Assembly (NCBI RefSeq): GCF_004010195.1
Contig: NC_057719.1
Coordinates: 36,097,852 to 36,139,263 of the forward strand
Direction of reading: 5' to 3'
DNA: 41,412 nucleotides
From: Chiloscyllium plagiosum
Taxonomy: Eukaryota
In this document: one piece after another, positions 36,234-41,412 of the stretch
How the letters are laid out: every line of letters starts with the position of its first letter
Position numbering within the stretch: position 1 is the stretch's first letter
Program-made: the position numbers and the translations under genes
Notes under the pieces: model-generated
Told to the model about the DNA's origin: nothing
The model's input: only the letters and a program-made list of their open reading frames with translations
Databases searched by the model: none

Positions 36234-36310
36234 GAAGCTTTCACTGTTGTGAAATTCATCAGCCTTAAAATTATCTTCCAAATATTTACAAACCTCATTG
36301 CAAGGTAATT
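36234..36310 (-). CDS. Candidate internal exon (ELPCNEVCKYLEDNFKADEFHNSESF)
   Basis: gttttcattgacttAG acceptor, GTAAGT donor, phase 1 to 0. Confidence 0.6.
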
Positions 36311-36630
36311 CTAAGTCAATGAAAACATGATTTCCTTTACGAACTGAGGTTTATACAGATGTCTTATTTGTATAGTTAATAAAATAAGGGAGTATTAATG
36401 TGTCAGAGCATTATTCATACCTAGAATGTGTCACTAGCTTAAAATTTAGAACTCATTAGACCTAACCTCTCTCACACTCCACTTTAAATGAACAATAACT
36501 TGTTTTCATTCAGTTAAAGTTTTCACTTTCCTTGTGAGGAGACACTTATGATTACATGAACATTGTACCCACTGGAGGCCTCCAAGTTTGCAATGTTAAG
36601 GGGAAACATTTAATTAGTGGCTGCACATAC

Positions 36631-36649
36631 CTGAATGCCCCATACCCAT
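36631..36649 (-). CDS. 3' part of a candidate exon emerging from the gap (MGMGHS)
   Basis: CAG|GTATGT donor; phase 1 fits the next exon; 320-nt intron. Confidence 0.45.
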
Positions 36650-37149
36650 NNNNNNNNNNNNNNNNNNNNNNNNNNNNNNNNNNNNNNNNNNNNNNNNNNN
36701 NNNNNNNNNNNNNNNNNNNNNNNNNNNNNNNNNNNNNNNNNNNNNNNNNNNNNNNNNNNNNNNNNNNNNNNNNNNNNNNNNNNNNNNNNNNNNNNNNNNN
36801 NNNNNNNNNNNNNNNNNNNNNNNNNNNNNNNNNNNNNNNNNNNNNNNNNNNNNNNNNNNNNNNNNNNNNNNNNNNNNNNNNNNNNNNNNNNNNNNNNNNN
36901 NNNNNNNNNNNNNNNNNNNNNNNNNNNNNNNNNNNNNNNNNNNNNNNNNNNNNNNNNNNNNNNNNNNNNNNNNNNNNNNNNNNNNNNNNNNNNNNNNNNN
37001 NNNNNNNNNNNNNNNNNNNNNNNNNNNNNNNNNNNNNNNNNNNNNNNNNNNNNNNNNNNNNNNNNNNNNNNNNNNNNNNNNNNNNNNNNNNNNNNNNNNN
37101 NNNNNNNNNNNNNNNNNNNNNNNNNNNNNNNNNNNNNNNNNNNNNNNNN
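36650..37149. other. Assembly gap (500 N)
   Basis: N run. Confidence 1.
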
Positions 37150-37425
37150 TCCAGCATCTGCAGACCTCACTTTCTCCTTTGCACATTCTCCCCATGTCTA
37201 TCTGGGTTTCCTCTGGTTTCCTCCCACAGTCCAAAGATGTGCAATGAATAGGTGTAAATGGCCATGTTAAATTGCCCATTGTGTTCAGGGACATGTGGGT
37301 TAGGTGTATTAGTAAGGGGTAAATGTAGAGAAATAGGGTAGGGGAATGGCGCTGGGTGGGTTGCTCTTCGGAGGGTCGGTATGGACTTGTTGGGCCAAAT
37401 GACCTGTTTCCACACTATTGTCATT
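37150..37425 (+). mobile_element. PLE tail (37150-37178) abutting the 3' part of an HE1 SINE
   Basis: tccagcatctgcagacctcactttctcct as at 30413-30441, then the HE1 body and cctgtttccacact tail. Confidence 0.8.
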
Positions 37426-37719
37426 CTAAACAGCCTTGGTTATAACATATAACGTTAATTTCAGTTCAAATAATCTTGATTTATTCCTCATTGATTTCTT
37501 GACTAGCCAAACCTCTGACTATTGCTGTGGCCATTTTAAGTCAGCAGTTTTCCTTTTTAAAACCATTTCACTCAAAGACACTCCCCAGGTATTAAAGCCA
37601 GGAATTCAAAAATCAATAGTTTACGTCCTGTCACTATTGTGAAATGGAAAGTAGAAAGTATCCACAACTCTCCTGATCTGTGCCATGTTAATCTTGAATT
37701 AGTGTTCAAACTTTAGGGA

Positions 37720-39080
37720 ATCAGAGGCTGAGTCAATTGCCACAGCACTTTTGAAAGCTGTCCTACTTTGTAGTCGCAAGGCTAATCTAGTTGTGTTTCT
37801 GATCAATGGTGGCCGCTTCTGGGATGTTGTTGGGGGATTGGTGTTTATATTGCCACTAAATATCAAGGGGAGATTCTGTTTTGTTGAAGAAAGTCATTCT
37901 GTGACATTAGTGTAGTGTGACTGTTATTTGCTACTTATCAACCCAAGACTGAAAGTTGTCCAAGTTTTATTACATATGGGTATGAACTGTTATCTGAGAA
38001 TGGAATTAACATTTCAATTATCAGTGAACTTCTGATCTTATGAAGGAAAGAAAGTTACCTATGAAACTGCCCTAGATGGTTTTGTTTAGGTCATTAACCT
38101 GAGGAATTCTGGGTAGGATGTCTTGGGGCTCAGGCACTTGGCTTCCAAAATGACTGTCATCTTCCTTTCCTCATTTCCCATTAACTTCAAGTTAACTCAG
38201 GCTTTTAGTTGCTGAGTAATGTGCTATCTGATATCAACAGTGGTCACTCTCACCTCATCTTTGGAATTCAGTCCATTCGCTCCTGTTTGGATGCCAAGTG
38301 GCCTTGGCAGAGCTCAAAGTGAGCATTAGCTAGAAAGTAAATGTATGCCTTTGAAAACATTGTCAATAACCCATCAATTACTTTGCAGCTGATTTAGATT
38401 AGACAGATGAGACTGTGATTGATGAAGTTTGACATCTATTGTTTTTTTGGCTAGGACAGATCTGTGCGATGTTTCACTTTGTCATATAGATGGAGGCCCT
38501 GGACAAGGTGCAGACAAGGTTGACCAGGATGCTGCCTGGATTAGAGGGTATGAGTTATAAGGACAGGCTAGAAAAACTCAGGTTGTTTTCTCTGGAGTGG
38601 CAAAGGCTGAGGGGGGATGTGATACAAGTTTATACAATTATGAATGCATAGATAGGGTTGACAGTCAGAATCTTTTTCCGAGAGTTGAAATGTTTAATAC
38701 TAAGGAGCTTGAATTTAAGGTGAGAGGGGAAAGTTCAAAGGAGATGTGAGGGGCAAACATTTTAGACAGAGTGGTAGGAGTCTGGAAAGCCCTGCTCCCC
38801 CGGGTGGTGGTGGAGGCAGGTACAATAGGGGCATTTAAAACACTTTTAGACAAGCACATGATTATGCAAGGAATGGAGGGATATGGACCAAGTGCAGGCA
38901 GAAGGGATTAATTTAATTTGGGGTCATGTTTGTGGGCTGACAGGCCTGTTTCTGCACTGTACTGTTCTATGTTCTATGTTCCATGTTTTAGATGCCAATG
39001 TTATAGCTATGTAGGAACAGCTGGGCCAGAGGCATGGATAGATTTGGAGCCTTACCTTCAATACTACAGCCATAACAGCT
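37720..39080 (-). mobile_element. Old Zenon-like LINE fragment split by a younger CR1
   Basis: ctcacctcatctttggaattcag and related matches to 21200-21800. Confidence 0.6.
38493..38988 (+). mobile_element. CR1 LINE 3' end with (GTTCTAT)n tail
   Basis: LDKVQTRLTRMLPGL; possible TSD tagatg at 38487 and 38989. Confidence 0.85.
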
Positions 39081-39102
39081 AGGAAGAGATTCAAACTCTT
39101 AC

Positions 39103-39150
39103 AAGAAACCAGGAATGACCCAGAAACAGATACCTGCTGTGATTAAGATC
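39103..39150 (-). CDS. Tentative upstream exon (DLNHSRYLFLGHSWFL or ILITAGICFWVIPGF)
   Basis: gagttttcAG acceptor, GTAAGA donor; frame ambiguous. Confidence 0.35.
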
Positions 39151-39249
39151 CTGAAAACTCGCACTGGAATTATAGCGGGAATAATTTCAAAATTATTGCA
39201 TTTAATTTGTTTTGCTACTTCTGTACAATTGTCAGGATTTCTCTGAAAT

Positions 39250-39755
39250 TTAGAAGGATGAGAGAGAATCTGATTGAAATGCATATAATTCTGACAGTGC
39301 TGGACAATCTAGATGCAGGGATAACCAAAACAGAAGTTGCTGGAAAAGCTCAGCAGGTCTGGCAGCATCTGTGAAGAGACATCAGAGGTAATGTTACGGG
39401 TCCAGTGACCCTTCCTCTGAACTCCTCAGATGCAGGGAAGATGTCTTCCATGGTTCAACATTCCAGAACCAAGGGTCATAGTCTCAGGAGAAGGAGTGTC
39501 CATTTTGGACTGAGGTGAGGAATTAATTCTTCACACAGAGGATAGTGAACCTGTGGAATTTTATATTGCAGAAAGCTGTGAAGGTCAGATTCAGGAAAGA
39601 AATTGATACATTTTTGGATCTTAAAGGCATTATAGGGCATTGGGAGAAAGTGGGAATATGTCTTTGAGATAAAGGCTTAATCATGATCATATTGAATGGT
39701 CAAACAGGTCTGAAGGGCCGAATGGCCTAGTCTTACTCTTAATTTCTATGTCCCT
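39250..39755 (+). mobile_element. CR1 3' end containing a 106-bp PLE insert (39322-39427)
   Basis: FFTQRIVNLWN; TSD agatgcaggga at 39311-39321 and 39428-39438. Confidence 0.8.
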
Positions 39756-41097
39756 GTTTTAACTTTATGTTTTATTTTAATTACTGACATAATGAAGTAA
39801 CATGTATAGAATAACTGAATGATTTTAGAGACTTCAGTAACATAGCCCATTTAATGCATTAGGAGTGTGTCACTGGCATTGGTAAATACCTGCCATCAGT
39901 AAACATCCAGTTGGCCATCCATCTAAAAAGTACTATAAAAGCCTGTTAGCAATCAGTTCCCCCCAACCCTCCCCCACCCCCGCCACACTCCCTGCAATAT
40001 TTCTTGTATTGAACAGTCTATGTATTTTTCTCCTGAAGAACATACACTTCTTGTAGTCAAATTTATGTTTCTTTATGTAAAATGCTTCTATGCTGTGATA
40101 TGAACTTAAAACATTTGTATTTGTCACAACATAAATGTAATAGATCTTATGCCAGGAACAGATATTTAACAATGTAAGGAAAAGTATTAATGTGTGCTCA
40201 TTCAGACAGCGATGACAAACTAATTTAGCATGGCTCTGCATGTTTGTAATCCATTGTCAACTATCCATTCTACATACAAGGCACTTGAAGAGATACAGAT
40301 AGACTAAGTCCACATTTTCTTGCACAACAACACAATTTGGATGTTTCCAGCAGAAAGTTGGAAAAATTAACATTTTTTTCACCTATTGATCTTTAGAAGA
40401 ACAGATCATTTTGTTTTAGTACTCCCTTCAATGGCATGATCAAATATTACAGAAACTGCTAGTAAACAATGGGTCAGCCAACTCTTGTTGATTTAGAACA
40501 TTTCCTGTTCCTCTCACTGGAATGCCAAAAGAACACCATGTGGTAATACCATCAGCAAGAATAAATAGGAAAAAAAACTCTAAAAGGTGAATAAAATGAT
40601 GTTGCCAAAAGTTACAAATCAATGCTTCAAAGCTTACAAGTTTGTAGAGAAACATAAAGTAAATGAATCTGTGCCACTCTTTAGAGTAAAAGGGATTTTG
40701 CTGACCTGGCCTGTGTGCAAGTTGTTCAAAAATTACCTTGACTTTGTGACAAGGTCAAATGAGGTAAAACAGATTGCTGATATCTTTACTACGTACTTCA
40801 TAGTAAGCTACCACAAAGAGCAATATTTACTTCAATACGATTGTTCCATTGATTCCAAATCAACTTGTTCTAAGCGTATTAAAGTTGGTAAAGGTCTTAA
40901 AGGGATATAGCACTTAAGGAAAACAATATTTTATTTTAGCAGCATAGTCCCACACCAAAGCAAGTATTTATATCATTGGTGCATCAATCCCTAATATAGC
41001 TTTTCTTCCCCTTCTCAGTATCTATAAAAACTTTGATTACATTATATTAAATATGTGACAATAGATTTTGTCAACCAAATGCCTTTAAATAAGTAAT

Positions 41098-41375
41098 TTC
41101 AAATGTTGATTTAATTGTGACATAAAACATAACTACAGTAAACGATGGACTGTCCTTCTTCCTGAGCTGTCATAGTACAACTTCTATACTACAGCGGGAC
41201 TTTGGAGAACTAGGAAGAAGGCTGAAAAGCAGGACGTTCAAATGTTGATTTAATTGTGACATAAAACATAACTACAGTAAACGATGGACTGTCCTTCTTC
41301 CTGAGCTGTCATAGTACAACTTCTATACTACAGCGGGACTTTGGAGAACTAGGAAGAAGGCTGAAAAGCAGGACG
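41098..41375. repeat. Perfect 139-bp tandem duplication
   Basis: 41098-41236 identical to 41237-41375. Confidence 0.95.
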
Positions 41376-41412
41376 TCCAAGGTGGTTATCTCCGGTTTGC
41401 TTCCAGTTCCTC

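Overview
Repeat-dense vertebrate genomic DNA with three assembly gaps. HE1-type tRNA SINEs and HER1/CR1 LINEs suggest a shark or other elasmobranch (inference). Most of the window is decayed CR1 LINEs, a second CR1-group (Zenon-like) LINE, Penelope-like elements (PLEs) with minimal hammerhead ribozyme motifs, SINEs and an internally deleted Gypsy element. Two things stand out. (1) A degenerate two-LTR endogenous retrovirus at 27633-33602 (+) has a tRNA-Ser-type PBS, a CCHC gag, an in-frame A_AAA_AAC -1 slippery site, protease, RT, an integrase C-terminus and a collapsed env (signal peptide plus TM remnant). Its motifs resemble lokiretrovirus/class III-like elements more than gamma/epsilon ERVs. 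(2) A phase-consistent chain of small minus-strand exons (about 24300-36649, possibly to 40869) that the ORF track does not assemble encodes a protein I cannot identify; the ERV lies antisense in its 11.5-kb intron. Family names are from motif recognition only; no searches were run.
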